Below are positions 29,702-40,091 of a stretch of DNA of 64,000 nucleotides, piece by piece. Source of the stretch: Patescibacteria group bacterium (GTDB lineage Bacteria; Patescibacteriota; Patescibacteriia; UBA9570). The first letter of the stretch is position 1. Each line of letters begins with the position of its first letter. The stretch is from contig JBAYIY010000002.1 of the NCBI GenBank assembly GCA_041665365.1, positions 66,178 to 130,177 of the forward strand, read 5' to 3'. Both the position numbers and the translations under genes were made by a program. A model generated the notes under the pieces. It saw only the letters and a program-made list of their open reading frames with translations. It had not been told where the DNA came from and did not search any database.

Positions 29702-30475
29702 TTATTGTTTCTTCTTTGACTTTACCACTGTTCGTTTAGCTTTGCCGGCTACAGATTTGCCACGGTCACGTTCCGGTTGACGTCCACGATGTGCCTGTTT
29801 TGGTTGCTCAATCACTGGAATCTTTGGTTGTTCATTAGCGAATACCTCACCACGATAAACCCAAACTTTTACTCCAATGGCTCCGTAGATCGTGCGCGCC
29901 GCACCCCGAGCATAATCGATATCGGCTCGTAATGTATGAGTTGGCACAGACCCTTGATTCAAGGTTTCAACCCGAGCAATTTCAGAACCATTCAACCGTC
30001 CGGAAACAATAATCTTTACCCCTTTACCACCAGCACCCATCACTTGTTCAATGCCACGTTTCATTGCCCGCCGAAATGGAATCCGTTTTTCTAACTGATA
30101 GATAATCCCCTGCATAACTAATTCAGCATCGAGATCTGGTTGACGCACTTCCTCAATTTCAATGTGAATGTTAATCTTTTCTGATCCAAAATATTTCTTC
30201 TTAATCTGTTTCTTTAAATCTTCTATACCAACCCCACTCCGACCAATAATCATACCTGGTTTTGATGTTCTAATGTGCAGCGTTAATTGATCATTAGCAC
30301 GGCGCATTTCTACTCGTGAAATACCACCATCACGTAAACGTGTCCGAATAAATTTACGCATCTGTACATCTTGTTGCAGGAGTTTGGCAAATTCACGTTT
30401 CGGCGCAAACCACTTCGACAAGTGTGTCGTTGTCGTATTCAGCCGGATAATCTTTGGATTAACTTTCTTGCCCAT
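29702..30475 (-). CDS. rpsC: 30S ribosomal protein S3 with a basic C-terminal tail
   Basis: KH domain and the S3 C-terminal domain. Confidence 0.9.
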   Translation of the reverse strand: MGKKVNPKIIRLNTTTTHLSKWFAPKREFAKLLQQDVQMRKFIRTRLRDGGISRVEMRRANDQLTLHIRTSKPGMIIGRSGVGIEDLKKQIKKKYFGSEKINIHIEIEEVRQPDLDAELVMQGIIYQLEKRIPFRRAMKRGIEQVMGAGGKGVKIIVSGRLNGSEIARVETLNQGSVPTHTLRADIDYARGAARTIYGAIGVKVWVYRGEVFANEQPKIPVIEQPKQAHRGRQPERDRGKSVAGKAKRTVVKSKKKQ

Positions 30476-30478
30476 AAA

Positions 30479-30826
30479 TTATTTCTTCTTATCAGGTTTA
30501 TCAGTTAACACCAGTATAACATGTGACGCGCGTTTACGAATTGGCGTCGCTCGTCCCATCGCGCGCGGTTGCCAACGCTTTAAAGTAGTACCGTCACCGA
30601 CCGAGATAGACTTCAAATACAGTTGATCTTTGGTTACTTTATGTAAGGAAGCCGCATTGGCGACACCTGACAATAATAACTTCAAGATCGGATTAGCGGC
30701 CGCCTTATTGGCAAAGCGTAATTGTTGCTCAGCCTGCACTACTGACAAACCACGCACCAAGCTGGCCACTAAGCGAACTTTGCGTGGAGCGATGCGGAGT
30801 TGACGTAAGTGTACTTTAACTTCCAT
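30479..30826 (-). CDS. rplV: 50S ribosomal protein L22
   Basis: L22 profile. Confidence 0.9.
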   Translation of the reverse strand: MEVKVHLRQLRIAPRKVRLVASLVRGLSVVQAEQQLRFANKAAANPILKLLLSGVANAASLHKVTKDQLYLKSISVGDGTTLKRWQPRAMGRATPIRKRASHVILVLTDKPDKKK

Positions 30827-30829
30827 ATA

Positions 30830-31162
30830 TTATTTTTTTGGCGCTGGAGCAGCCGCTTTAGCTTTTTCAGCATCAGAGGCAGCTTTTTCTTGTTCTTTCT
30901 GCATTTTTCCACCATGGCGGACAAATTTGCGGGTGGGAGAAAATTCGCCCAAGCGATGACCGACCATGTTTTCTGTGACAAACACATCAATGAACTGTTT
31001 ACCATTATGGACACTGAAATGCAACCCAACCATTTCTGGAGTAATTGTGGAAGACCGTGACCAAGTTTTGATCGCCGCTTTGCTTTTTCCAGCCACTGCT
31101 TGTTGGACTTTCTTAATCAAGCTCGGGTGAATATATATACCTTTTTTTAAACTTCGTCCCAT
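30830..31162 (-). CDS. rpsS: 30S ribosomal protein S19 with a Lys/Ala-rich C-terminal extension. Start taken at MGRSLKKG.
   Basis: GRSLKKG...HNGK is the S19 core; the tail ends KAAAPAPKK. Confidence 0.9.
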   Translation of the reverse strand: MGRSLKKGIYIHPSLIKKVQQAVAGKSKAAIKTWSRSSTITPEMVGLHFSVHNGKQFIDVFVTENMVGHRLGEFSPTRKFVRHGGKMQKEQEKAASDAEKAKAAAPAPKK

Positions 31163-31166
31163 ACAA

Positions 31167-32003
31167 TTACCCACGTCGGCGTTTAATAATAAAACGGTTT
31201 GAAGCCTTCTTTGGTTTCCGTGTCTTCACACCTAAGGCTGGTTTACCCTGTGGCGTCTTCGGATGCTTCATACCAATTGGTTGATTGCCTTCACCACCAC
31301 CATGTGGATGATCGACCGGATTCATCGCCTTACCACGCACGGTTGGTCTGATCCCACGATGACGTTGTCGACCGGCACGCCCCCAGCGAATGGTGCGATG
31401 TTCGGCATTACTAACCTGACCAATGGTGGCTAAACAATTTTTATCAAACATCCGAATTTCACCAGATGGTAATTTCGCTTGAACAAATTGCCCCTCCATC
31501 GACATCACAGTAACACCATTACCGGCGGCGCGCGCTAATAATCCTTGCTTGCCCGGTTCTAATTCAACACAATGAACCATCATACCGGCTGGCACAAATT
31601 CCAATGGCATTCTGTTTCCGGCATTAACATCTTGTTTTTGCAATGATGTCACGATTTTATGACCAACCGCTAACCCATCTGGAGCGATAATATAACTTTT
31701 TTTATCACCAGCATAGGCAATTAAAGCAATCCGCGCATTTCTGTTTGGATCGAATTCAATCGTTTCCACTGTAGCTATCTGATCGAGAAAATCACGTCGG
31801 GAAAAATCTACCAAACGATAACGTTGTTTGGCACCACCGCCCTGATGACGCACGGTTATCTTACCTTGACTGTTACGTCCGGCATGCTTCTTCAAGTGCA
31901 ACGTTAAAGGTTTGTATGGTTTATCAGCGGTGACATCACTAAAATCATCTACGCTGGAATTGCGTCGACCTGGTGAAGTTGGTTTGTACAGTTTAATTCC
32001 CAT
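31167..32003 (-). CDS. rplB: 50S ribosomal protein L2
   Basis: L2 profile ([16 protein letters not shown]...). Confidence 0.9.
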   Translation of the reverse strand: MGIKLYKPTSPGRRNSSVDDFSDVTADKPYKPLTLHLKKHAGRNSQGKITVRHQGGGAKQRYRLVDFSRRDFLDQIATVETIEFDPNRNARIALIAYAGDKKSYIIAPDGLAVGHKIVTSLQKQDVNAGNRMPLEFVPAGMMVHCVELEPGKQGLLARAAGNGVTVMSMEGQFVQAKLPSGEIRMFDKNCLATIGQVSNAEHRTIRWGRAGRQRHRGIRPTVRGKAMNPVDHPHGGGEGNQPIGMKHPKTPQGKPALGVKTRKPKKASNRFIIKRRRG

Positions 32004-32006
32004 ATA

Positions 32007-32381
32007 TTATTTTTGATTGATCTCAACGGTTTCCCCTTTTACTAAATAAACAATGGCTTTTTTCCAATTCTGACGCTTGCCCACAATTCTACCACGAATT
32101 TTAGTTTTTCCCATGACATTAACAATATTCACTTTTCTTGGTTCCTTACCATATTGTTTCTTAAACGCTTTTCTAATCTCATTTTTAGTTGTTGCATTGT
32201 TTACTTTAAAAACATAAGTGCCATTTTTGGTAGACTTTTCTGTAATAACTGGTTGAACTAAAACACTGACCGTTACAGTTGGCTTTGTTTCAGTTACCAC
32301 CGGTTCGACAGATGGTGTTTTGTCAGTTTTTTTACTAAATATTCCCATAAGTTTTTTCAATTTGTTCAATCCCAGCGGCAT
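32007..32381 (-). CDS. rplW: 50S ribosomal protein L23 with an N-terminal extension; the start is uncertain
   Basis: L23 core (YVFKVNNATTKNEIRKAFKKQYG). Confidence 0.85.
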   Translation of the reverse strand: MPLGLNKLKKLMGIFSKKTDKTPSVEPVVTETKPTVTVSVLVQPVITEKSTKNGTYVFKVNNATTKNEIRKAFKKQYGKEPRKVNIVNVMGKTKIRGRIVGKRQNWKKAIVYLVKGETVEINQK

Positions 32382-32970
32382 CTACCACAAAATAATCATA
32401 CTTGAGTAGATCAACAATATTCAAACTATTGGCGGCACATAAACCGACTTTGGTTAAATTTTTACTGGCTCGAATCACATTGCTATCAATGGCACCTAAA
32501 CTGATTAAACTCTTTTGTCCGGCACAAGGTAAAGCCTGCAAAACTTCTCTTAATTGTTTACTCTTCGAAGCTGTTAGCATAAATTGATCAACTACAATTA
32601 ACTTATCACTCACCACTTTATCAGACAACACCATCGCCAAAGCCGTTTTTTTCATCGCTTTATTCACCTTCAAACTGAAGTTACGATCACTGCGCGGACC
32701 AAACACTACACCACCGCCACGCCACTGTGGATTACGCGTTGAGCCTTGCCGCGCTCGACCAGTGCCCTTTTGTTTCCATGGTTTACGACCGCCACCACGC
32801 ACTTCCCCTTTGGTCAGTGTATGAGCAATGGCAACACGACTATTGGCTTGTTGTGCCACCACTACTTGATGGACAACTTGCATTTTAGCTGGTACAGCAA
32901 ACAAACCATCAGACAACTTCTGTTCCCCAATTACTTTTCCTGATACATTATATAATTTTACAGTGGCCAT
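32335..32970 (-). CDS. rplD: 50S ribosomal protein L4
   Basis: L4 profile. Confidence 0.9.
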   Translation of the reverse strand: MATVKLYNVSGKVIGEQKLSDGLFAVPAKMQVVHQVVVAQQANSRVAIAHTLTKGEVRGGGRKPWKQKGTGRARQGSTRNPQWRGGGVVFGPRSDRNFSLKVNKAMKKTALAMVLSDKVVSDKLIVVDQFMLTASKSKQLREVLQALPCAGQKSLISLGAIDSNVIRASKNLTKVGLCAANSLNIVDLLKYDYFVVDAAGIEQIEKTYGNI

Positions 32971-32973
32971 AAA

Positions 32974-33600
32974 TTATTGATAAATCCAAACTAAACCATT
33001 CCTGGCACCTGGCACAGCTCCTTTTAAATAAACTTCATTCTGAGCAGCATCAACTTTCACAACTTTCAAATTTGAAATAGATACTTTGGCATTGCCCATG
33101 CGACCAGGCATACGCAACCCCTTAAAAGTACGCTGCACACCACCGGCTCCAATCGAACCAGAGGCACGCAACTGATCCTTATGACCATGACTGGCAGGTT
33201 GTCCATGGAAACCATGACGTTTAACAACACCTTGAAAACCGCGACCTTTGCTGTAACCAATAACTTTTACATTATCTCCTACAGCAAATTTCTCGACTGT
33301 TATGACATCGCCCACTTTATAACCAGACACATCTTCAACCCGAAACTCTGAAAAATTGCGAAATACTTTATTTAATCCTTTGGTATGTCCCACTAAACTT
33401 TTTGAAGTTGTCTTAGCCCGACGTTCCTCACAACCAACTTGAACAGCCACATAGCCATCTGACTCAACAGTTTTTAATTGCGTTACCATATTTGGGCTGA
33501 CAGCTAAAATAGTCACGGGCACAACATTACCGTTATCATCAAACAGTTGTGACATGTGAAGTTTTTTAGCTAGGAGAAATTTGGTAGTGGGTTTTTTCAT
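32974..33600 (-). CDS. rplC: 50S ribosomal protein L3. Start taken at MKKPTTK; the track extends to 33654.
   Basis: L3 profile (HMSQLFDDNGNVVPVTIL...). Confidence 0.9.
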   Translation of the reverse strand: MKKPTTKFLLAKKLHMSQLFDDNGNVVPVTILAVSPNMVTQLKTVESDGYVAVQVGCEERRAKTTSKSLVGHTKGLNKVFRNFSEFRVEDVSGYKVGDVITVEKFAVGDNVKVIGYSKGRGFQGVVKRHGFHGQPASHGHKDQLRASGSIGAGGVQRTFKGLRMPGRMGNAKVSISNLKVVKVDAAQNEVYLKGAVPGARNGLVWIYQ

Positions 33601-33695
33601 AAAAAAATCTGCAGTGCTTGGTCTGACGATATCCCTTGTCTTGCTCGGGATCACTTCAGCGCAAACGGCAGTGGCTTATAAATGGTGCAATTTTG

Positions 33696-34040
33696 TTACA
33701 TTTTTATTTCGACATCGACTCCGGCTGGTAAGTTCAAGTGCGACAGTTCATCAATAGTTTTGGCAGTGGGCTTATATATATCGATCAATCTTTTGTGTGT
33801 ACTGATCTCATATTGATCACGGGCGTTCTTATGGATGAAAGTTGACCGTTGCACTGTATAACGAGTGCGTTCAGTTGGCAATGGGATGGGCCCTTGCACA
33901 CGTGCCCCAGTGCGTTGCGCCGTTTCAATAATCGTTCGACAAGATTGATCAATAATCTTACTATCGTACGCGCGGATTTTCACCCGGATACGTTGTTCGA
34001 TCTCATCTTCAGATTGTACAAGAGCTTTCTTTACAGGCAC
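33696..34040 (-). CDS. rpsJ: 30S ribosomal protein S10
   Basis: [17 protein letters not shown] is the S10 signature. Confidence 0.9.
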   Translation of the reverse strand: MPVKKALVQSEDEIEQRIRVKIRAYDSKIIDQSCRTIIETAQRTGARVQGPIPLPTERTRYTVQRSTFIHKNARDQYEISTHKRLIDIYKPTAKTIDELSHLNLPAGVDVEIKM

Positions 34041-34050
34041 AGATTATTGT

Positions 34051-35241
34051 TTATTTCACTATTTTGGTTACTACGCCTGCACCAACCGTATGGCCACCTT
34101 CGCGAATCGAGAAACTTTGCTTCTCGGTTAACGCTACCGGCACAATTAACTTAATAACCATTTTTAAAGTATCACCCGGCATGGCCATTTCTGTTCCTTG
34201 AGGTAAAACAACTTCACCAGTCACATCAGTAGTACGCATATAAAATTGAGGTTTGTAACCACTCATAAATGGTTTGTGACGACCACCTTCTTCTTTCGAT
34301 AAGATATATACCTCAGCTTCAAACTCTGAATGAGGTGTAATAGTACCTGGCTTAGCCAATACTTGACCACGTTCAACATCTTCTTTTTTCGTACCACGGA
34401 GCAATATACCGGCGTTATCACCAGCTCGACCCTCATCTAAAGTTTTATTGAACATTTCAATACCTGTGACAGTGGTTTTGGAAGTATCGCGTACACCGAC
34501 GATTTCAACTTCATCACCTAATTTAACGATACCAGTTTCAATCCGACCAGTTACTACAGTACCGCGACCCTCAATCGACATAACGTCTTCAATGGCCATT
34601 AAGAATGGCTTATCAACTGGACGTTTTGGTTCAGGAATAAAAGTATCTAGAGCATTCAAAAGATCAATGATTGGTTTAATGGCGGCTTCATCAGTTGGAT
34701 TTTGTAACGCTTTTAAGGCTGATCCACGAATAATTGGTATATTATCGCCATCAAATTTGTATTTCTTCAATAAATCACGAATTTCTTCTTCAACTAACAT
34801 TAATAACTCTTCATCCTCAACTTGATCAACTTTATTCAAAAACACGACAAAAGTAGGTACACCAACTTGACGAGCTAACAAAATATGTTCACGGGTTTGC
34901 GGCATTGGACCATCGGCGGCTGATACCACCAAAATAGCTCCATCCATCTGTGCAGCCCCAGTAATCATGTTCTTGATATAGTCAGCATGGCCTGGACAAT
35001 CGATATGAGCGTAGTGGCGTTTTTCGGTTTCGTATTCAACATGAGCAGTATTAATCGTAATACCACGTTCCTTTTCTTCAGGAGCGTTATCAATCTGATC
35101 AACTGATCGCTTCATTGCTTTACCACCCTTAGCATTTAACACTGTCAAAATAGCAGCGGTGGTAGTTGTTTTACCGTGGTCAACATGTCCTAATGTGCCA
35201 ACGTTTAAGTGCGGCTTGGAACGATCAAATACATCTGCCAT
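34051..35241 (-). CDS. tuf: Elongation factor Tu
   Basis: [17 protein letters not shown] and NKVD GTPase motifs. Confidence 0.95.
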   Translation of the reverse strand: MADVFDRSKPHLNVGTLGHVDHGKTTTTAAILTVLNAKGGKAMKRSVDQIDNAPEEKERGITINTAHVEYETEKRHYAHIDCPGHADYIKNMITGAAQMDGAILVVSAADGPMPQTREHILLARQVGVPTFVVFLNKVDQVEDEELLMLVEEEIRDLLKKYKFDGDNIPIIRGSALKALQNPTDEAAIKPIIDLLNALDTFIPEPKRPVDKPFLMAIEDVMSIEGRGTVVTGRIETGIVKLGDEVEIVGVRDTSKTTVTGIEMFNKTLDEGRAGDNAGILLRGTKKEDVERGQVLAKPGTITPHSEFEAEVYILSKEEGGRHKPFMSGYKPQFYMRTTDVTGEVVLPQGTEMAMPGDTLKMVIKLIVPVALTEKQSFSIREGGHTVGAGVVTKIVK

Positions 35242-35303
35242 ATGGATTTATTGAATTTATTGATTGATTACTAAATATTTTAACTCTTTTTTATAGCCGG
35301 GTT

Positions 35304-35341
35304 ATTATACCAGGCTTTTTTTTCCTGTAAAGATAAGGGGT
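35304..35341 (-). promoter_or_regulatory. Sigma70-type promoter upstream of tuf
   Basis: On the minus strand: TTTACA, a 16-nt spacer, then TGGTATAAT (extended -10), about 60 nt upstream of the tuf ATG. Confidence 0.5.
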
Positions 35342-35365
35342 TGCCAACCGTGTGGATAAGTTGTT

Positions 35366-35406
35366 AATTACGTAGAGACGTGCCGCCGGCACGTCTCTAC
35401 GTAATT
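35366..35406. repeat. Palindromic element P1 of the GTAGAGACGT family, between the fusA stop and the tuf promoter
   Basis: AATTACGTAGAGACGTGCCG-c-CGGCACGTCTCTACGTAATT, 20-bp perfect arms. It is not followed by a U-run. Confidence 0.8.
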
Positions 35407-35409
35407 GTA

Positions 35410-37575
35410 TTATTTACTGCGTTTCTCGATTAATTCCAACTGTACATGGCGCGGAACCTCACTATATTGCTTGAATTCCATAGAAGAAGACGCTCGACCT
35501 TGTGTCATAGATCGTAAAGAGGTGGCATAACCGAACATTTCTGATAACGGTACCAAAGCTGTAATGATTTTGGCTTGTCCACGATCGGTCATTTCCAAAA
35601 TTTGGCCTCGCTTGGAGTTTAAATCGCCAATCACATCACCCATGAAATTTTCTGGTGTGGTGACAACTATCGACATAATCGGCTCGAGAATAACTGGATC
35701 GGCTTTTTTACAGGCATCTTGGAAGGCAATAGATCCGGCCATTTTAAAGGCTAATTCAGATGAATCGACTTCATGATAGCTACCATCGGTCACCGTGGCC
35801 TTGATATTTAACATAGTATATCCAGCTACTACTCCCCTAGTCAGGGCTTCTTTAATACCCTTTTCGATCGGACTGATGTATTCACGAGGAATACGACCAC
35901 CTTTAACCGCATCAACAAACATAAAGGTAATGTCTTTACCAACATTTTTCCCTTTGTCTTTATCCTTATCTTTGCTTTTTTCTTCACGATCAGCATCGGT
36001 CAGCGGTTCAACAGTTAGAAAACAATGACCATATTGCCCACGACCACCGGTTTGCTTAATATATTTTCCCTCCGCCTCAGCGCGTTTACGAATCGTTTCT
36101 TTATATGATACTTGAGGTGCACCCACATTGGCTTCCACACCAAATTCTCGTTTCATACGATCAACTAAAACATCGAGATGTAATTCACCCATACCGGCAA
36201 TAATGGTTTGACCGGTTTCTTCGTTACTTTCCACACGGAAAGTAGGGTCTTCTTCACTCAATTTCTGTAAAGCCACACCCATTTTTTCTTGATCAACCTT
36301 AGTTTTTGGCTCAATCGCCATTGAAATTACCGGCTGAGCAAAAGTAATCTTTTCAAGAATCAATGGATGATCTGGGTCACATAAAGTATCAGCTGTTATG
36401 GTATCTTTCAAACCAATCACAGCAGCAATATCTCCCGCTTGTACCTCATTAATTTCTTCACGTTTATTAGCATGCAACCGCACAATTCGAGAAATACGCT
36501 CTTTGCTGCCACTGGTGGCGTTAAAGACGTATGAACCTGAGGTTAATTTACCCGAATAAACCCGAATAAATATCAATCGACCAACAAACGGATCGGTGGC
36601 CACTTTAAACGCCAAAGCAGCTAATGGAGCTGATTTATCCGGACGTAATTCAATTTCCTTCTCATTATCGTCATAATCATGTGCCATCAGGGGTGGTTTA
36701 TCTAATGGTGATGGTAAATAACTAGCTACTGCATCCAGTAATAACTGAACACCCTTATTTTTCAACGCACTGCCGCACAACACCGGAATCAGCTGATTTT
36801 TAATAACCGCTTGACGTAAAGTTTTTTTAATACTATCAATGTCCGGTTCTTTACCGTCTAAATAAGCATTCATTAATGTTTCATCTTGTTCGACCACTGC
36901 TTCGACTAATTTAGCTCGATATTCAGCTGCTTTGGCCTTTAAATCATCAGGAATGTCAATAATTTGAACATCTTTACCTAAATCATCATTATAAATAACG
37001 GCATGATTTTCAATTAAATCGATGACACCTTTAAAATTATCTTCCACACCAATTGGCAATTGAATTGGCACAGCCAGTTTACTGAGGCGTTCGTGAATGG
37101 AGGCTAAATCTTTATAGAAATCAGCTCCGGTACGATCTAATTTATTGATAAAGCACATGCGCGGCACACTATATTTTTCCGCTTGGTGCCACACTGTTTC
37201 TGATTGTGGTTCAACGCCAGCGACACCATCAAATACCACTACCCCACCGTCTAACACACGTAATGATCTTTCCACTTCAACAGTAAAATCAACGTGACCT
37301 GGTGTATCAATTAAATTGATCCAAGTTTGGCCGGTGCCTAAAAATTTAGGATACGGCCAAAATACGGTAGTAGCAGCAGCTGTAATAGTAATACCACGTT
37401 CTCGTTCTTGCTCCATCCAGTCCATTTCGGCTAATCCTTCATGAACTTCACCGATTTTATGTTTCTTACCAGCATAAAATAGTACTCGCTCTGAGACGGT
37501 TGTTTTACCTGCATCAATATGAGCAATGATGCCAATGTTACGCACCTGATCTAATTTGAACTCTGAGGTATCCAT
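35410..37575 (-). CDS. fusA: Elongation factor G, with a Lys/Asp-rich insertion
   Basis: GTPase motifs (AHIDAGKTT) plus EF-G domains II-V. The insert is [14 protein letters not shown]. Confidence 0.95.
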   Translation of the reverse strand: MDTSEFKLDQVRNIGIIAHIDAGKTTVSERVLFYAGKKHKIGEVHEGLAEMDWMEQERERGITITAAATTVFWPYPKFLGTGQTWINLIDTPGHVDFTVEVERSLRVLDGGVVVFDGVAGVEPQSETVWHQAEKYSVPRMCFINKLDRTGADFYKDLASIHERLSKLAVPIQLPIGVEDNFKGVIDLIENHAVIYNDDLGKDVQIIDIPDDLKAKAAEYRAKLVEAVVEQDETLMNAYLDGKEPDIDSIKKTLRQAVIKNQLIPVLCGSALKNKGVQLLLDAVASYLPSPLDKPPLMAHDYDDNEKEIELRPDKSAPLAALAFKVATDPFVGRLIFIRVYSGKLTSGSYVFNATSGSKERISRIVRLHANKREEINEVQAGDIAAVIGLKDTITADTLCDPDHPLILEKITFAQPVISMAIEPKTKVDQEKMGVALQKLSEEDPTFRVESNEETGQTIIAGMGELHLDVLVDRMKREFGVEANVGAPQVSYKETIRKRAEAEGKYIKQTGGRGQYGHCFLTVEPLTDADREEKSKDKDKDKGKNVGKDITFMFVDAVKGGRIPREYISPIEKGIKEALTRGVVAGYTMLNIKATVTDGSYHEVDSSELAFKMAGSIAFQDACKKADPVILEPIMSIVVTTPENFMGDVIGDLNSKRGQILEMTDRGQAKIITALVPLSEMFGYATSLRSMTQGRASSSMEFKQYSEVPRHVQLELIEKRSK

Positions 37576-37666
37576 GTGAAAATAATTTTATCTAATAATT
37601 TACAGAGTCATACCTTACCAAATGCTTATTAAAATGTAAAGATATTACATAAAACTGTCAAAACAT

Positions 37667-37708
37667 AAAACAAGTAGAGACATGCCATGGCATGTCTCTA
37701 CTTGTTTT
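37667..37708. terminator. Palindromic element P2, which acts as the terminator of the DYNY-repeat gene. A further half-copy lies at 37713-37724.
   Basis: AAAACAAGTAGAGACATGCC-ATGG-CATGTCTCTACTTGTTTT, with T-runs on both strands. Confidence 0.75.
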
Positions 37709-37744
37709 TAATGCGTCTCTACAGTTGTATTAATGCAAAAAAAA

Positions 37745-38191
37745 TTATTTCTGTACTACTCCGGCTGGTTTACCACCAATATTCTTGCGTTTGATAACGA
37801 AGAAATAGATGATCGCGGCAATTGGACCAAAGCCAAAGAAAAAACCAGCAATCAATATCACCATCCACAATGTCTTGTTGTCAAAAGTGCGTTTGGCACA
37901 ATCTATCACCATCCAGATTTCAAAAACAAATAGCAGTAATCCGATTAAACCACCGATCATTGCGATGATAATAAACACAATGCCTAATCCAGCAGCGGCT
38001 ACGCCAGCTGAAGAATCACTGTTGTAATCATAATTGTAGTCTGTGTTGTAGTCATAATTATAATCTGTATTATAATCGTAGTTATAATCACTGTTGTAAT
38101 CATAACTGACTGCCTGACCAGCATGAGCAAACGCTAACACTGGCAACACCAAGCCTAAACTCAGTGCGAAATTGCGAAATAATTTGAGCAT
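37745..38191 (-). CDS. Membrane protein with a signal peptide, a (DYNY)n repeat and a PLDc_N-like two-helix domain. It is inserted between rpsG and fusA.
   Basis: 148 aa: SYDYNSDYNYDYNTDYNYDYNTDYNYDYNSD, then WMVIDCAKRTFDNKTLWMVILIAGFFFGFGPIAAIIYFF. Confidence 0.65.
   Translation of the reverse strand: MLKLFRNFALSLGLVLPVLAFAHAGQAVSYDYNSDYNYDYNTDYNYDYNTDYNYDYNSDSSAGVAAAGLGIVFIIIAMIGGLIGLLLFVFEIWMVIDCAKRTFDNKTLWMVILIAGFFFGFGPIAAIIYFFVIKRKNIGGKPAGVVQK
38018..38105. repeat. Tandem 12/24-nt nucleotide repeat encoding the DYNY repeats
   Basis: ACTGTTGTAATC ATAATTGTAGTC TGTGTTGTAGTC ATAATTATAATC ...; about 3.5 copies of a 24-nt unit. Confidence 0.8.
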
Positions 38192-38230
38192 AAAAACGCT
38201 TTTTGTGCGTTAAAAATTAAATAGACTGTA

Positions 38231-38236
38231 ATTATA
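38231..38236 (-). promoter_or_regulatory. Extended -10 element (TGGTATAAT) upstream of the DYNY-repeat gene
   Basis: Minus-strand CTGGTATAATTACAG lies about 35 nt upstream of the ATG. Confidence 0.4.
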
Positions 38237-38242
38237 CCAGTT

Positions 38243-38707
38243 CTAGGCAAAATGAGCAAATGCACGATTGGCTTCGGCCATGCGGTGCACATCCATTTTC
38301 TTCTTAATGGCTTCACCTTGTTCACTAGCGGCATCCATTAACTCTAAAGCTAATTTTTCAGCCATTGGTTTACCTTTTCTACTTCTGGCAGCACCAATAA
38401 TCCAACGTGAAGCCAGATTAAAACGACGCTCACCTCTTACTTCGATAGGCACTTGATAATTAGCACCCCCAATGCGGCGAGCCTTTACTTCAACTAACGG
38501 TGAGACATTTTTAATGGCTTTATCGAATACATCTAAGCCTTTTTCACCCATTTTCTTCTCGATTGCTGCCATGGCACCATAAAACAAACTCTGCGCCACA
38601 GACTTCTTACCGTTCTGCATTAAATAATTGATAAACTTAGCCACGACAGTGCTGTTATACACTGGATCAGATAATATTTCACGACGGACAGCTGGTTTTC
38701 CACGCAT
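38243..38707 (-). CDS. rpsG: 30S ribosomal protein S7
   Basis: S7 profile. Confidence 0.9.
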   Translation of the reverse strand: MRGKPAVRREILSDPVYNSTVVAKFINYLMQNGKKSVAQSLFYGAMAAIEKKMGEKGLDVFDKAIKNVSPLVEVKARRIGGANYQVPIEVRGERRFNLASRWIIGAARSRKGKPMAEKLALELMDAASEQGEAIKKKMDVHRMAEANRAFAHFA

Positions 38708-38710
38708 AAA

Positions 38711-39130
38711 TTATTTTTTAGGTCGTTTCGTACCGTATAAAGACCGACTGCGGTTACGCTTCTCTACTCCGGCAGTATCATAGACACCGCGCACAATATG
38801 ATAACGTACACCCGGCAGATCATGTACCCGACCACCACGAATTAAAACAATGGAGTGTTCTTGTAAGTTGTGCCCTTCACCTGGAATATAAGCAGTTACT
38901 TCCATGCCATTTGATAAACGCACCCGAGCAATCTTACGCAAAGCTGAGTTCGGCTTCTTTGGTGTAGTAGTGGTTACTTTAGTGCAAACACCACGTTTAA
39001 ACGCGCTCCCTTTCGGTAAATCCTTCCGCCGACGTTGGATGACATTAAACGTACTCAACAAAGCTGGCACTTTAGATTTGTGCTTTGTCTTCTTGCGGCC
39101 TTTTCTGGCTAACTGATTAATTGTTGGCAT
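38711..39130 (-). CDS. rpsL: 30S ribosomal protein S12
   Basis: [13 protein letters not shown]...[10 protein letters not shown] is the S12 signature. Confidence 0.95.
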   Translation of the reverse strand: MPTINQLARKGRKKTKHKSKVPALLSTFNVIQRRRKDLPKGSAFKRGVCTKVTTTTPKKPNSALRKIARVRLSNGMEVTAYIPGEGHNLQEHSIVLIRGGRVHDLPGVRYHIVRGVYDTAGVEKRNRSRSLYGTKRPKK

Positions 39131-39166
39131 AGCGCGCGTTACTGTACCAGATAGTACTTTTAACTG

Positions 39167-39805
39167 TCAAATCAACCCGAATAAACTATAAACACTAACA
39201 AAGGCAAATTGCATAAGCCAACCTAAAATACCCTGACCAAAAAACACCACGATTAGCAATAACCACGGACCCTGCGTTTCCAAAAACAATATTGTAGTTT
39301 GGTGGCTTGGACCCAACAAACTAAACAGCACTTTTGAGCCATCTAATGGCGGAATTGGAATGAGATTAAACACAAATAACATGAGGTTTAATTCTGCCAT
39401 AAAAAGTAAGAAAACCTCTAATAAATTGCCAGTTTCTGACCAATCTAGGGCTGCAAAACCAAGTAAGCGATACAGTAATAAGGCTATCACCACCATAATA
39501 ATATTAGATAACGGACCGGCTATGGCCACGATGGCACTACCCCACTTTCTAAATTTGAGATTATAGGGATTAAACGGGGTTGGTTTTCCCCAGCCAAAAC
39601 CTACTAACAGCAACAAAATAAAACCCATCCAATCAATGTGGGCGAGTGGGTTTAAAGTTAGTCGACCAGAGCGTTGGGCAGTGTCATCACCTTGCCAGTA
39701 ACCGGCCAAGGCATGAGCAAACTCATGCCAACCGATCGCTAACAACACAGCCAGAATCCATGGCACTATAAAAAGTGGCTTCTCAGTTAATAACTGAAAA
39801 AACAT
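39167..39805 (-). CDS. Site-2 protease family (peptidase M50) membrane zinc metalloprotease
   Basis: HEFAHAL (HExxH) within a TM helix; multiple TM segments. Confidence 0.75.
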   Translation of the reverse strand: MFFQLLTEKPLFIVPWILAVLLAIGWHEFAHALAGYWQGDDTAQRSGRLTLNPLAHIDWMGFILLLLVGFGWGKPTPFNPYNLKFRKWGSAIVAIAGPLSNIIMVVIALLLYRLLGFAALDWSETGNLLEVFLLFMAELNLMLFVFNLIPIPPLDGSKVLFSLLGPSHQTTILFLETQGPWLLLIVVFFGQGILGWLMQFAFVSVYSLFGLI

Positions 39806-39807
39806 AA

Positions 39808-40089
39808 TTAATCCAAATCGAAGGTTACATCACCGTCTTTGAGGTGGCACTGGCAGGCTAAGCGTTGCTCTGGATAAGCATTCAACACCTCTAGTGTATC
39901 TTTTTCTTGATCGGTTTTATCAGTTAAATTTTCCGCGCCTTTTTTAATTGATATTAAACAGGTACCACATAAACCATTCTCACATCCAAATGGTAAAGTT
40001 AACCCATTATGTTGGCAAACTTCACGTAGTAATTCTCCCGCTTGAGCTTCGACTGTTTTATTATCTGTAATGAATGTTACTTTAGGCAT
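39808..40089 (-). CDS. 2Fe-2S ferredoxin
   Basis: CENGLCGTC...CQC gives a plant-type Cys pattern; 93 aa. Confidence 0.75.
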   Translation of the reverse strand: MPKVTFITDNKTVEAQAGELLREVCQHNGLTLPFGCENGLCGTCLISIKKGAENLTDKTDQEKDTLEVLNAYPEQRLACQCHLKDGDVTFDLD

Positions 40090-40091
40090 GG

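Noticed and set aside
37733-37933. 66-aa plus-strand ORF overlapping the DYNY-repeat gene
   Set aside because: Antisense to a gene that has a signal peptide, repeats, and its own promoter and terminator; no coding features.
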